A DNA stretch of 62,674 nucleotides, the filler included, from Basidiobolus meristosporus CBS 931.73 (Eukaryota; Fungi; Basidiobolomycota), in assembly GCA_002104905.1 (NCBI GenBank). It is 3 parts of 3 records of this genome, joined end to end, with 100 filler letters (N's around TTAATTAATTAA, not from the genome) between each part and the next. Parts side by side here need not be neighbours in the genome. Positions count along the whole stretch, not along the records: positions 1 to 16,003 come from MCFE01001134.1; 2 more parts are not named here. One strand, 5' to 3'. The notes below the pieces were generated by a model. The model searched no databases. It was not told where the DNA came from and saw only the letters and a list, made by a program, of their open reading frames with translations. The position numbers and the translations under genes were made by a program. This document shows positions 1 to 13,078 of this stretch, in pieces (the first letter of the stretch is position 1; every line of letters starts with the position of its first letter).

Positions 1-800
1 GCAAGGTAAATGAGTTTGCTGAAAAAGGCAATTTGTCTACCACAGCCTCCACATCCTCCATTGTTGATGGAGTGAAGATCTCACTGACCAACAAAGCTAC
101 AATGTCAAGAGCTTGAAAGACTATTACAATGCCTTCAGTGGAATTTTGAAACAGTAATAAGCAAACTCAATATTGTTTCTCTGAGAACTAAATGTTCAAA
201 AGTCCTGAGGAATGCAAAAAAAGCTGCAGTTCTTGCCAATTAACGCCGCAAGCCAGGAACAGACAGAATCCCATCATAGCCAAGAAGAATTACCAACAGG
301 AAAACAGCTGTTTTTGCAAGAGTTGGCAGCGCAGCCAGTTGAGCTACACTCCAGCAAGGTAGATGAGTTTGCTGAAAAAGGCAATTCATCTACCACAGCC
401 TCCATTGTTGACAGAGTGGAGATCCCACTGACAGACAAGGCTATAATGTCATGAGCTCAAAAGACTATTACAATGCCTTCAGTGGAATTTTAGAGCATTA
501 ATAGGCACACCAAGAGGTTGCTGCACTTCTTCAAGAGCAGTGCTCAAGAAAATGCACTGGAATATTGCAAGGATTTATTGCAAAGACTGGCAGATGTGGT
601 GCTAGACCTTGTAGTGCTGGCTGAAGACCAGGACATGTAGGAACCAGTGAATGAACAGTGGCATAAAGCCATTGGGTTTTTGCCAAAGTTGTGGAACCAG
701 AGTGTTACAGCAGAAATATTTATTGAGTGATGGACTTTAATGGAGTTGCTTGTTGAATGTGGGGTTGGGCTTAATGTTAGTGTAGGGTATAGAGACTTGT
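1..800. repeat. Unclassified degenerate interspersed repeat with an internal tandem duplication; homologous to 28700-29260
   Basis: GCAAGGTA(A/G)ATGAGTTTGCTGAAAAAGGCAAT occurs at 1 and ~354. The same block and its downstream sequence recur at ~28830-29260. No intact ORF; CpG-poor. Confidence 0.6.
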
Positions 801-1005
801 ATAGGTCAATACAATTGGCAATTGAGGTACAACTGAAGTTTCAACAGAAATAAATCAATTTGTATCCATGAAAAGTAAGAGAAACGGTTGAGTCAGGAAG
901 TAAGGAGTGTGAAAAAGAGGCAATAGCCAATCAATTCACATAAACATAGGAGGCAATAGAGTGTCTGGGATCAGAAAGTGAGCAAATTGGCAGGGAACCT
1001 GCTCA

Positions 1006-1600
1006 AAAGCCACTTATACATTGTTGTGATGAAAAATTTTGACAAAGTTTTTTGTGAAATCTGGGGTGCAATTATTTTTCAACAGTCTCTGGACAGTGTC
1101 CTGACAAGATCAGCACCTCTTAGTCATGGGACATTAACTTTGTGACAGCCTTTTGACAGGATCATCTCAATAATTTTTCATGGGGACCCTCTTGACAATA
1201 AATCATTATCTGTTGTATTGATATTCTGGCATGTTGATTTGTGTGATGACTGCTGCTTGCCACTACCTGAGCCTCTACTCTCAGACCACAGTACACACAC
1301 AGGAAACTGTGCTGATAGCCAACTGACCTTGGAGGCATTACATGTGAGGAATACTCAGGGTAGGCAGATTAATCAATGTACTGAACTATAGTAGTCAATT
1401 TAGTGTCAGAGATTCAATTAAAAGCCACTTATGCACCCCTGTAATGAAAAAATTTGACTAAGTTTTTATAAGATCAGAGGTGCAGTTTTTTTTAGCAGTC
1501 TTTGCATGGTGTCCAAATTGTGTCAACACCTCTTAGTCATGGGATGTAAACTTTGTAACAGCCTTTTGATGGGATTATCCCAATCATTTTTCATAGGGAT
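1006..1600. repeat. Degenerate direct duplication (~414-bp period) with a short Gypsy-1 LTR fragment between the units
   Basis: AAAAGCCACTTAT...GATGAAAAA.TTTGAC.AAG at ~1006 and ~1420. Positions ~1315-1365 match LTR sequence at 24125-24175 and 32365-32410. Confidence 0.5.
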
Positions 1601-1619
1601 CATATTGCAGCAGATGAGC

Positions 1620-2174
1620 ATATTTTTAGACACTTAAAAGGAGCTGCCAATATCTACTTAAGGTACACCTATAAGTATTCAGAACAGGATCTTTTGTGAT
1701 ACTCTGATGCAGGTTGGGGACAGAATTAGAAGATAGAAGATCTACCACAGGATACCCCTTTCTGCACTGTAAAGGAGCATTTTTGTGTAAATCAAGAAAG
1801 CTATCAACTGTAACACTTTGCACCACAGAGGCAGAGTATATGGCAGTCTGTGAGGCTATAGAAAAATCAATGTGCTTAATAAAGATGCTTAATGACTTGG
1901 GCTTGTATCAAAGAGTCCCTATTACATTATTTCATAATAACCAAAGATGTATAGAATCAAGTAGAAGCTCAGCACTTGATGCTAGAACTAAGCACATAGA
2001 TATTTGACATATTTTCATATATGAGGCTATGGAGAGCAACTTAGCTAGCTTAACTTACTGTCCTACAGATGAAATGATTGCAGGCATATTTACCAAACCA
2101 TTAGCCAGACACCAACTTGAATATCTCAGATCACAGTAAGGACTAGTTAATATGGATATTTAGTTAAGTGGGAG
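1620..2174 (+). mobile_element. Ty1/Copia pol 3' end relic (RNase H) and polypurine tract
   Basis: Motifs DRRSTTGY, TTEAEYMAVCEA, RTKHIDI, MIAGIFTKPL with in-frame stops; purine tract AAGTGGGAG just before the LTR. Confidence 0.85.
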
Positions 2175-2522
2175 TATTGTAAGAGTTTAAAATTGCACCT
2201 GAACATTGACCTAGGTTAGTTACTTAAGTCATACCTTCAAATTTTAGAGAATTCTGACCGAATTCCTTGTCAGGATATACTTAGAATGCTATCACCAAAA
2301 CATCAGGAATACAGAACATGTGAATTCTCAAAGATGTCCAAAGAGCCCCAAACTTTGCACACATGCTCTTGAGACCTTTGCAAACATATTATATGTGTTT
2401 TTTTTGCCACAATCATGTAAAAGTATAAATACTACCTTTACATTCAATGAATCACTAAGGGAAAACCACATAATCTACTTGTTCTCCCAATCACTTCCAA
2501 TATTTCCAAAGCTCTTACAACA
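2175..2522 (+). repeat. Copia 3' LTR (~348 bp)
   Basis: T(A)TTGTAA...TTACAACA ends. Homologous in sequence and length to 46883-47231. Confidence 0.7.
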
Positions 2523-3615
2523 GAAAGTGCTCTGCGCTCAACTGCTTTGGCAGAATTCATCTTGCATGAGTACATTGGATGCTCATACAGATACTAACTA
2601 TCACATCTAATCTGCTATTTTGTCATATGAATGACTTCTCTCACTACTTGTCCTCTGAACTTAACATACTGCAGGCAATATGTAGTGGCCCCTCAACCAT
2701 CATCTTATAGAGATTATTCTCCCTGGCGCAGCCCTTCTTAGGTTTAAAATTCAAGGCTACAAGAGCAAAGGTTTAGAAACGGCTTAGGGGTGATCGTTAG
2801 GTGAATGTGTTACCCGCATATTTGTACCCTAGGGTGACAAATTAATCGGTGATTAAAATTGATCCACCAAACGCCAAAGTCAAATCGGCATGATACGGTT
2901 GAACCATGTTCATACCATTCAAGCGGTCCAAACGTTCTGGTATTTCTGCTTCCTGTATTAATGCAACTCGCCATGACCAAGTGTTTCGCCCAAGAGCGGG
3001 TTGCAAATGGCTTCATTTGGATGATGACCCCGCACAACAAAATGCGCGCATTTCACGACAAGAAAACATGGTCGACAACCACTTGTCCACAAACGTTGGG
3101 GATAGCCAGGTCCCGACGGCTGCGAAAAAAACGAAAGCAAATTCGCGGCACGTACAAGGAGGTTGGGGCATCTCATTATTCCACGATCGTCCAGCATGTC
3201 TCGTGCTCAGATCCATGCATCGCAACCATTACCGTTGATTTACATATCCTACAACGCGAGGGACAAAAGCCAGGAAACCCGGCCAATGGATATCAAGTGT
3301 AACACTTTTATGCACCAGTTGTCGTAACTAGCATAAAACAACAATTGGTAATCTGATCCGCACTGAAGGAGGCTATTCCTTAATGGAGAAATAGCCTTGG
3401 TCACTAAATCCAACCCTTATCAGATTCAGAGGCAGACTGTTGGTAACTGAAAATAGCCTACAACTCTAACCGATAGCCGATAGACAATTGGTTGAAACCC
3501 ATGCATTATGGACCATCTGCATACGTTCCCAAATCCGTCCAGAATCTGATATATATATATCGTCCTGGCTATATTCTTCAAGTGTCACTTCTCATTTGAT
3601 CCTCTAACCACTGCC

Positions 3616-5880
3616 ATGATCTCAAATACCGACGCCCGTCTTGCCTCAATCAAGGCCCACATCGGGCCCAAGAAGCACACCTCCAATGTAAACACTCAGC
3701 AACCACCCAGGTAACCTAACAGCGGAAGAACACTTGGGAGCATTGGCGCTAACCAACGACTTCTCTGTAGACCCACCGAAAGCATCGCTGCTGAGCGTGC
3801 CAATCCCTCCTTCCCAGTGCGGGAATTAACCTACTACTTGGACGGCGGCGAGGAGGAGACCAAGGTTTGTTCGAGCACCAGACTAATCTTTACTTGTTCC
3901 ATAAGCGAAGCCTAATCCCTTCCCACCTGGCATTAGCTGATGGAGAAGTTCATGTTTCAACTGGAAAGAGACCCACTATGGAGAATGGATGGTCACTACA
4001 ACCTGTCCCTTCCAGAAGTGAGAGAACGCACATTGCTGAAACTTCGAAACGTTCTTCCTTATTTGGCCAATGAGTCGATGGAGTCTTTCCGAAAGCGGTT
4101 TGTTTTGATGGGTTTGGTTGATCCCGCCTTTAATACTAGGCTCGCCGTTCACATTAGCTTGTTCTTCAGCACCATCCAAGGGCAGGCCACTCCCGCCCAA
4201 TATGAATACTGGTTCAAGAGGGGGGCTCTGGCCTTGAACGGAGTTATCGGCTGCTTTGCCATGACCGAGCTCGGACATGGATCTAATGTGGCTGGACTTG
4301 AGACCACCGCCACTTTCGATGAAGCTACCGACGAGTTCATCGTTCATACGCCCACCGTCACCGCCACCAAATGGTGGATTGGTGGTGCGGCCCATACAGC
4401 AACCCACACAACCGCCTTCGCTCAGTTGATCGTGAAGGGCAAGAACTACGGCGTCAAACCATTCGTAGTCCCTCTTCGCGATCCCAAAACATTCAACCTG
4501 CTGCCAGGCATCAACATCGGGGATATTGGCAAGAAGATGGGTCGAGATGGTATTGACAACGGTTGGATCCAGTTCACACACGTCCGCATTCCTCGACAAA
4601 ACATGTTGATGAAGTACGCACAGGTCACCCGCACTGGTAAGGTCATCCAGCCCCCACTCGCCCAGCTTGCCTACGGTGCGCTCATTGGTGGCAGAGTCTC
4701 CATGGTCCGAGACAGCGCCAATTTCGCCAAGAAAGCCCTCACCATTGCGCTGAGATATGCTGCGGTCCGTCGCCAGTTCTCCTCCAACCCTAAGCAGCCG
4801 GAGACCAAGATCTTGGATTATGTGATCCACCAGAATCGACTGCTGCCTCTGTTGGCCGAGGCAGTGGCCGTGAACTTCACCAGCTCTGAGGTCCAAAAGC
4901 TGTACAACCAATTGATGGATCAGTTAGAGAATGCCCGCCCGGGCCAAGATCTCTCTGAAACCATCGAGCTCCTCAAGGAGACCCACGCTACCACCGCTGG
5001 ACTCAAGGCGTTCTGTACATGGAACTGTCTGAGCGCCATTGAGCAGTGTCGCCAAGCGTGTGGTGGTCACGGGTACTCTGGATACACTGGATTGGCATCA
5101 ATGTATTCCGATTTCGCCATTCAATGCACCTGGGAAGGGGACAACACCATCCTGACCCTTCAAACCGGCCGTTCCCTGATCACCGCATACCTTGATATCA
5201 AGCGAGGAAAGAACGTCTCCAAAGGATTCAGCTACCTCAAGAACGCTGGACAGTTGAGCGCCTTGAAATGTCCAGGCGATGATGTCGCATCCATCGCCAA
5301 CCTGGATACCATCTCTGAGGCATGGAGTGTAGTTGCTGCCAATGCAGTCAAGATCTCGGCCGACATTTACGAGGCAGCCAAGGCCAAGGGAATCAGTAAA
5401 GATGCCGCCTTGGAGAGCTGCGCAGTTGAGCGTCTGCATGCCGCCCGTATGCACAGCTATGGCTACATCTTCAATCGCTTCGCGGATGCCGTACGCCAAG
5501 CGCCTGAGAGCATTCGTACCGTGCTGACCAACCTCTGCCTACTCTACGGTCTCCACAGCATCAAGCAAAATGCCGGGGAGTTCCTCAGCTGTGAGTACTT
5601 CACCGCATCCCAGCTTTCGGTCATTCGTGAGCAAGTCAACCATCTGTGCTCGGTGATCCGCAAGGATGCCATCCCACTGGTCGACTCCTTCAACTACACC
5701 GATTACATCATCAACTCCCCTCTGGGCAGATACGATGGAAACATCTACGAGGCCTACTTCAACCTCGTCAAAGCCAATAACCCTCAGCAACCAGTGCCCT
5801 ACTTCGAGTCCGTCATCCGACCCATCCTCTCTGCCAACTATAAGCAAACCGAAATCCCTGATCTTGAGATTGATCAGTAG
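3616..5880 (+). CDS. POX1: Peroxisomal acyl-CoA oxidase, copy A (exons 3616-3710, 3771-3864, 3937-5880; 710 aa) with N-terminal PTS2-like RLASIKAHI
   Basis: ACOX motifs GCFAMTELGHGSNV, TKWWIG, GRDGIDNG, CRQACGGHGYS, CTWEGDN. Hand-spliced GT-AG introns give an open 2133-nt CDS. Confidence 0.95.
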
Positions 5881-6558
5881 AATCCTAGCATTTATTTATG
5901 TCTCACTTCATCCATTCACCAAATAAACATGTTGTACCCATCCACTCATCTAATAGGAAGCAATGTTGCTTAATGCTCAGGGCTCATGATCATGGAGGAC
6001 TTGAGTCCCATCTGGTTTCACCAACTTCAAGCCTATCCATGATTTAACTTAAAAATATTACATGCAGTATGAAAATCTCCAAATCTGACTGATCCTGTTG
6101 TTTATTTAGTCAGGAACCTTGCTACTTGGCCTTGACCCATCAACAACTTCTTGTAGTCAGCTTATATTATTACATATAATTGGTAAGTTATTTCCTAGTG
6201 TCACACTTGAATGATTTTTTTGTGACTAAAGTCTCCAAGGATGCTGAACTAATCACCTGGAAACAATTCCAAGTCAGGGAATGATTTTCTGACAAGGATC
6301 GGTGGTAAACATAGGAATTCAAGTGTTGAGAAGTGGCTTAAAAATCAGCCCGGTCAATGAAAAGGCATGAAAGCTCTAAACCTCCATATTATGCCCTTGA
6401 TAAACCCATCCCTTCTTGAAATCACCAATGATCATGGGTTGACGTGCTGAGTCATGGAATTGGGAAGTGACTGTTGCGGTTATCAATCAGTCTCCTTATC
6501 ACAGGTTACCAAGGTTGTCAGCAACCCGCTGTTTTCATACGTCCGCATATTTTTCGGG

Positions 6559-8323
6559 ATGCCAGGCTCTAACAGATCCTTCTCACCAGCCAAAATGCCC
6601 TACTCCCAATCCGCCCCTACTTCACCCACCACACCGCTGCTGAGTCGCTCGCTTCCCAATCAACTCTACGGGACACCGGAAGTGGAACTAAGAATCAATG
6701 TGATCGAAGAGGAGGACGACCCCGAGTTTGTGCCAGCTTATGTTGCCTTTAATATCGAGGACGGGAACTTCGACTCAGCAAGCGCTCTTTCCCACGATGA
6801 CGTTTGCTTGCCTCCAGAAGTTGTCCCCTCCGGCGAAGAAGGGATTGATTTTGAGGCGCTCAAGGGATACTTGGAAGAAAAAACCCAAGAAGAGGTGGCT
6901 TCGCCCACCATCCAGCCAACCTTACCCACCAAGCAGACGACCTTCAAATCCCAGGCCCTCTCGTTCAAAAGCCAGGTAACCACGTCTAATCCTTTCCCCG
7001 CTTCGTCTTGGACCAAGCTCACACTTTTCCAGGAAACCCGCTATCGGTTCACGTTTTTTTCCGACACCACGGGGATCGTCTATTCCCGCTCTTTCCACGA
7101 AATCGCTACCGACAACGAAAGTCTACCTGAACTGCTTAGAGATCACTTCTGGCTGGACGTACTGGATCCAACCGACGCTGAACTCAAGGCAATGAGTAAG
7201 GTTCGTGGATTTTCAGAATCCCGAGTAATCCTTCCAACCCCTCACCCCACCCACAGGTCTTTAGGATCCACCCCCTTACTACGGAGGATATCCAGGGGGA
7301 AGAAACGCGAGAAAAATTCGAGGTTTTCACAAATTATTATTTCATCTGTTACCGAACATTCGACCAAGATCCCAACAGCTCCACCTACATGGAGCCCATC
7401 AGCATATACAACATCATCATGCAGGAAGGAATCCTCACGGTTGGTACTCTGATGGTCCGATCCATTGCCCCACTGAATCTAACGTGTCTATCCCCGGCCC
7501 AGTTCCATTTTCGCTCGATCCCACATGTGTCGAATGTACTTCGGAGAATCCGACATTTGAAGAACATCATCAAGGTCACGCCAGGTTAGTGGATTGTTGG
7601 CGGTGGCGATTCGTTTTTACCAGCACAGCTTTACTGATATTGCGCTAGATTGGGTCAACTATGCCATCATCGACGATGTTACCGATGCATTTGGACCCCT
7701 GATTCAGAACATCGAGTTCGAGGCGGACTCCATCGACGAGCTAGTGCTCATCCTGAAAGAAACCGAGCAGGCGGACATGTTACGCCGGATTGGATACGCC
7801 CGCAAAGTGGTCATGGGCCTGCTACGGCTGCTCGGGCCCAAGGCGGATGTGGTGAAGAGGCTAATCAAACGATGCAAAGAATACAACTCTTTGCCTAGCC
7901 CGGTGGCCGACATCGGACTGTACTTAGGGGACATCGAAGGTAACCACAGTCACGGCGCTGGCATTAACCGATTGCTAAACTAGGCCCTCCTCTCCCTATA
8001 ACTTAGATCACATCCTGACCATGTTACAAAGCGCAAACCACTACGAGAAGATCCTCTCCCGATCCCACGCCAACTATCTGGCTCAAATCAACATCGAAAT
8101 CACCCAAACCGCCAACCGTACCAACGACGTTATGGCCAAGATGACCCTACTCGCCTCGGTGATTGTCCCGATGAACATCATCACCGGGTTGTGGGGGATG
8201 AATGTAAAGGTCCCTGGCCAGGATGATGAAGAAAGTCTTGGCTGGTTTTATGCCATCGTGTGCTTCATGTCGATGTTAGGGGTGTTCTTGGTGTGGATGG
8301 CGCGTAAACTGGGCCTTATTTGA
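6559..8323 (+). CDS. CorA-family Mg2+ transporter, fungal ALR1/MNR2-like (exons 6559-7200, 7257-7439, 7503-7584, 7649-7939, 8007-8323; ~504 aa)
   Basis: FWLDVLDPT, IHPLTTEDI, YAIIDDVTDAF and the GMN signature (LWGMNVKVPG) between two C-terminal TM helices; splicing keeps the frame. The start codon could instead be 6595. Confidence 0.9.
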
Positions 8324-8742
8324 TTGATCCAATCCATCAATATTTATATTTCGTTTACCACCTGATCCTTGTACATTTAATGGCCAGAATCACGTGCCTG
8401 CTGTGTGATATACGTATAAATGTGATTCTCAGTAACTAAATCGAATGACTAATACGAAACAAATGTTCCTAGACATGATGGGATTCCCGTGGACCAACTC
8501 CAATCTCAAATAAAAGAGGGCTTACACACTGGAATGCCGCAATTGGTTGAAGCCCAGGGGATCCATCTCAGTGTTACCAATTTGGGTTACGTTGGCTCAC
8601 ATCATTGATTTTCTTTGTCATCTGAATTCGCTGCTGCCTAAACCCGACCCGATTCCGATGTATATATATAAATCGACCATACTGTACCCATCTGTACTAA
8701 AGTTCCCCTTCGCACCTGTTCTATAACCCACCAACCGCTTTC

Positions 8743-11000
8743 ATGACTCCAAATACCGATACCCGTCTTGCTTCTATCAAGGCCCATTTGGAGCCTAAAA
8801 AGCAGACCTCCACTGTAAATAAGAGTCAACCACTTAAGTAAGCCACAAATCCAGGGGTACTATCGAGTGTTCGTACTAACCAATGGATTCACTTTAGACC
8901 TACCGAAAGCCTCGCTGAGGAGCGTGCGAACCCCTCCTTCCCCATACGCGAGCTAACCTACTATTTGGACGGTGGCGAAGAGGAGACCAAGGTTTGTCCC
9001 ATCAGTTGTTTCCGGTACCATGAACGAAGCCTAATACTCCGGCTTTCACCCATTAGCTGACCGAGAAATTCATGTTTCAACTGGAAAGAGACCCACTATG
9101 GAGAATGGATGATCATTACAACTTGACCCTTCCGGAAGTGAGAGAGCGCACATTGCTGAAACTCCGAAACGTTCTTCCTTATTTGGCCAATGAATCCAAG
9201 GAGTCCTTCCACAAACGAATGATTCTCATGGGATTGGTTGACCCCGCTTTTTACACCAGACTTGGTGTCCACACTGGCCTATTCTTCAGCACAATCCAGG
9301 GCCAAGCCACCCCTGCCCAATATGAATACTGGGTCAAGAGGGGGGCTCTGGCCTTGAACGGAGTTACCGGCTGCTTTGCCATGACCGAGCTCGGACATGG
9401 ATCTAATGTGGCTGGACTTGAGACCACCGCCACTTTCGATGAAGCTACCGACGAGTTCATCGTTCATACGCCCACCGTCACCGCCACCAAATGGTGGATT
9501 GGTGGTGCGGCCCATACAGCAACCCACACAACCGCCTTCGCTCAGTTGATCGTGAAGGGCAAGAACTACGGTGTCAAACCATTCGTAGTCCCTCTTCGCG
9601 ATCCCAAAACATTCAACCTGCTGCCAGGCATCAACATCGGGGATATTGGCAAGAAAATGGGTCGAGATGGTATTGACAACGGTTGGATCCAGTTCACACA
9701 CGTCCGCATTCCTCGACAAAACATGTTGATGAAGTACGCACAGGTCACCCGCACTGGTAAGGTCATCCAGCCCCCACTCGCTCAGCTTGCCTACGGCGCG
9801 CTCATTGGTGGCAGAGTCTCCATGGTCCGGGATAGTGCAAACTACGCCAAGAAAGCCCTCACCATTGCGCTGAGATATGCTGCAGTCCGTCGCCAGTTCT
9901 CTTCCAACCCTAAGCAGCCGGAGACCAAGATCTTGGATTATGTGATCCACCAGAATCGACTGCTGCCTCTGTTGGCCGAGGCAGTGGCCGTGAACTTCAC
10001 CAGCTCTGAGGTCCAAAAGCTGTACAACCAATTGATGGATCAGTTAGAGAATGCCCGCCCGGGCCAAGATCTCTCTGAAACCATCGAGCTCCTCAAGGAG
10101 ACCCACGCTACCACCGCTGGACTCAAGGCGTTCTGTACATGGAACTGTCTGAGCGCCATTGAGCAGTGTCGCCAAGCGTGTGGTGGTCACGGGTACTCTG
10201 GATACACTGGATTGGCATCAATGTATTCCGATTTCGCCATTCAATGCACCTGGGAAGGGGACAACACCATCCTGACCCTTCAAACAGGCCGTTCCCTGAT
10301 CACCGCATACCTTGATATCAAGCGAGGAAAGAACGTCTCCAAAGGATTCAGCTACCTCAAGAACGCTGGACAGTTGAGCGCCTTGAAATGTCCAGGCGAT
10401 GACGTTGCATCCATCGCCAACCTGGATACCATCTCTGAGGCATGGAGTGTAGTTGCTGCCAATGCAGTCAAGATCTCGGCCGACATTTACGAGGCAGCCA
10501 AGGCCAAGGGAATCAGCAAAGATGCCGCCTTGGAGAGCTGCGCAGTTGAGCGTCTGCATGCCGCCCGTATGCACAGCTATGGCTACATCTTCAATCGCTT
10601 CGCGGATGCCGTACGCCAAGCGCCTGAGAGCATTCGTACCGTGCTGACCAACCTCTGCCTACTCTACGGTCTCCACAGCATCAAGCAAAATGCCGGGGAG
10701 TTCCTCAGCTGTGAGTACTTCACCGCATCCCAGCTTTCGGTCATTCGTGAGCAAGTCAACCATCTGTGCTCGGTGATCCGTAAGGACGCCATCCCACTGG
10801 TCGACTCCTTCAACTACACCGATTACATCATCAACTCCCCACTGGGCAGATACGATGGAAACATCTACGAGGCCTACTTCAACCTCGTCAAAGCCAATAA
10901 CCCTCAGCAACCAGTGCCCTACTTCGAGTCCGTCATCCGACCCATCCTCTCTGCCAACTATAAGCAAACCGAAATCCCTGATCTTGAGATTGATCAGTAG
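8743..11000 (+). CDS. POX1: Peroxisomal acyl-CoA oxidase, copy B (exons 8743-8837, 8898-8991, 9057-11000; 710 aa) with N-terminal PTS2 RLASIKAHL
   Basis: Same motifs and intron positions as copy A; near-identical over most of exon 3. Confidence 0.95.
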
Positions 11001-11578
11001 AATCCTAGCATTTATTTATGTCGCATTTCATCCATTCAACTAATAAAAGGAAATGTTGTAAAAAGCGTATATAGCGTATGTAGCGTATACAGACATGGGG
11101 TGGCTTATGTGCTCAACCAACCACCCATAGATTAACGAACCATTCTCGAGCGTCCACAGGTGGACAGTATCAGCGTGTAACGAATACAGCATGATCCATA
11201 TAGACTCCACATCCGGATGGAATACAGTTTCACGATCCCATCCAAAACGAGCTGTTGGAAAATGAAGGTTACACCTTGTTTAAGCTTAATCGAGAGGCCA
11301 GTTTGGGGATCATATCCATCGGACTGATACTCTTTTTGGACGGTGTGCGTGCTCATTGGAGGGCAATGGGTTGATGGATTGAGTGGGGTGATGGTTATTG
11401 CTCAATGGGGTGGGAGAAATCCGGTTTGAAACGAGGTACGGTATCTACCGTGCGCGTCGATAATCTTGAAATCAGCGACCTTTATGTACATTGAGATTAG
11501 AGAGAGAACACGAGTAATGCTGATACACTGGAATATATACATGAGGGTATACATGTTGGAAGTAAGGGTCGAAGGTGA

Positions 11579-12256
11579 CTACTGGGAAAACCTACGAGAG
11601 GGCTCGAAGTAAGTGACCGGGAATTTGGTGGTGATGGGGAATCTCTGATTCAAAGAATCAAACGCCTCCAGGATCTTTCTGCAGCTCTCCTCCACGCGAT
11701 AATGTCTCTGACGGCTATCGACTCGGGCGAATCCTCGATTACAGACGATGCAGTGGTAGGGCTTGTCGCCGGTGTGAAGACGCACATGCCGTTGCAAGTC
11801 GTGTTTACGTGTGAAGGCGCGCTCGCAGTGATCACACTGGAAGGGCCTGTCGGCAGGATCAGAGGACGAGGCTGTGGAGGAACGCCGGCTACTGGGCTTA
11901 GAGCTTTTCTTGGGCCAGGATTCCTTCCTCGGGCGAGGCTTCTTGCTCTCCACCACCGGTTGAGTCATTTGGAAGGGCGCGTAGCACTCGAGTGGATTTG
12001 TCATGTCAAGTATATTAGGTTGTAGATTGAGGGAAGGGTTCAGCGAGGCCACCAAGGGGTCGTACTGGGCGAGGAAACTATCGTGCATCAGCTTGGGGAC
12101 TTCGGAGATCGGTAGGTCGGGTGCATCGCTTAAAGAGACCATGCGATCTTTCAGAGTAGAGAAGATCTGCGATTGTTGTTGTTGGACGTCACCGACTCCG
12201 TAAAAGAACCCGTTGATGTCGGGGAACCATGGATGATCAGGTACATAAAACGACAT
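11579..12256 (-). CDS. C2H2 zinc-finger transcription factor with two fingers (225 aa)
   Basis: FQCDHCERAFTRKHDLQRHVRLH-TGDKPY-HCIVCNRGFARVDSRQRHYRVE, preceded by a basic NLS-like KKPRPRK; ATG at 12256. Confidence 0.9.
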   Translation of the reverse strand: MSFYVPDHPWFPDINGFFYGVGDVQQQQSQIFSTLKDRMVSLSDAPDLPISEVPKLMHDSFLAQYDPLVASLNPSLNLQPNILDMTNPLECYAPFQMTQPVVESKKPRPRKESWPKKSSKPSSRRSSTASSSDPADRPFQCDHCERAFTRKHDLQRHVRLHTGDKPYHCIVCNRGFARVDSRQRHYRVEESCRKILEAFDSLNQRFPITTKFPVTYFEPSRRFSQ

Positions 12257-13078
12257 ATTCGTTCGAAGCTGAGAGGACGAGGTTGAGCGGACTCCCAAAG
12301 CGCCTTAAATACTGGTGCTGAGCAACGGCCGTCTAGATTTGCCCTGGATTAATTTAGTAAGGGACATCGTCATTCGCACCTCATATTAACTTTGATCTGA
12401 GTGGATCTAGTAAATGAACGGCTCCTGTGTTGTTGAAGATGCAAGAGCAATTATCCTAAATCGATAGCAATGATTCAGTTGCTGATTGGCGAGCATCAAG
12501 GGTGTCAAGCTCTTCGTCAACGCGACAAACACTTGCCAATCGATATTAGCTGATCGCATATTAATGGATTAATGATCGGTAGCTAAATATTTCTGGGTTA
12601 AATTAATATTTCCCCATCACGTCACCGCGTAGATAGGAGTCGATTTGGTGCAGAGAACAGTAATGGATTACTTGATTTGTAGGCTCCCTCAGTACTTCGC
12701 TCAACGGGGATTTAATCTGGATTATTCAAGAGTTAAATCACGTTAGAGTAATCCTGAAATACCTCCACCCTTCACACGGACAACCATTGCTTCCACTAAC
12801 GAAAAGGCAATGGCTTATCATGACTTGGAACAACATATTCGTAGATGGATTGCTGTTTATTGGTTCACGCACACCAGCCTATTAGTCAGTCAATAGTTAC
12901 TATTTATAGACCAATCTAACCCTAACCGTCTTACTGTTGGAGTTAAGGTGATCGCTTCAAAAAAGGTTTGCCGATGGATGTAAGTATACACAGGTTAGGT
13001 TTATTGTCTAGAAGGGTAGTGGAATGGCGTGTAAGAGTGGGTGTTCAAAAAATGTTGACAAATGCTTCCAGGTCCTAA

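Noticed and set aside
2810-3302. Overlapping short ORFs with a CTCREF or SWIM-like look and a possible 36-nt intron
   Set aside because: No consistent frame or complete motif; cannot support a gene call.
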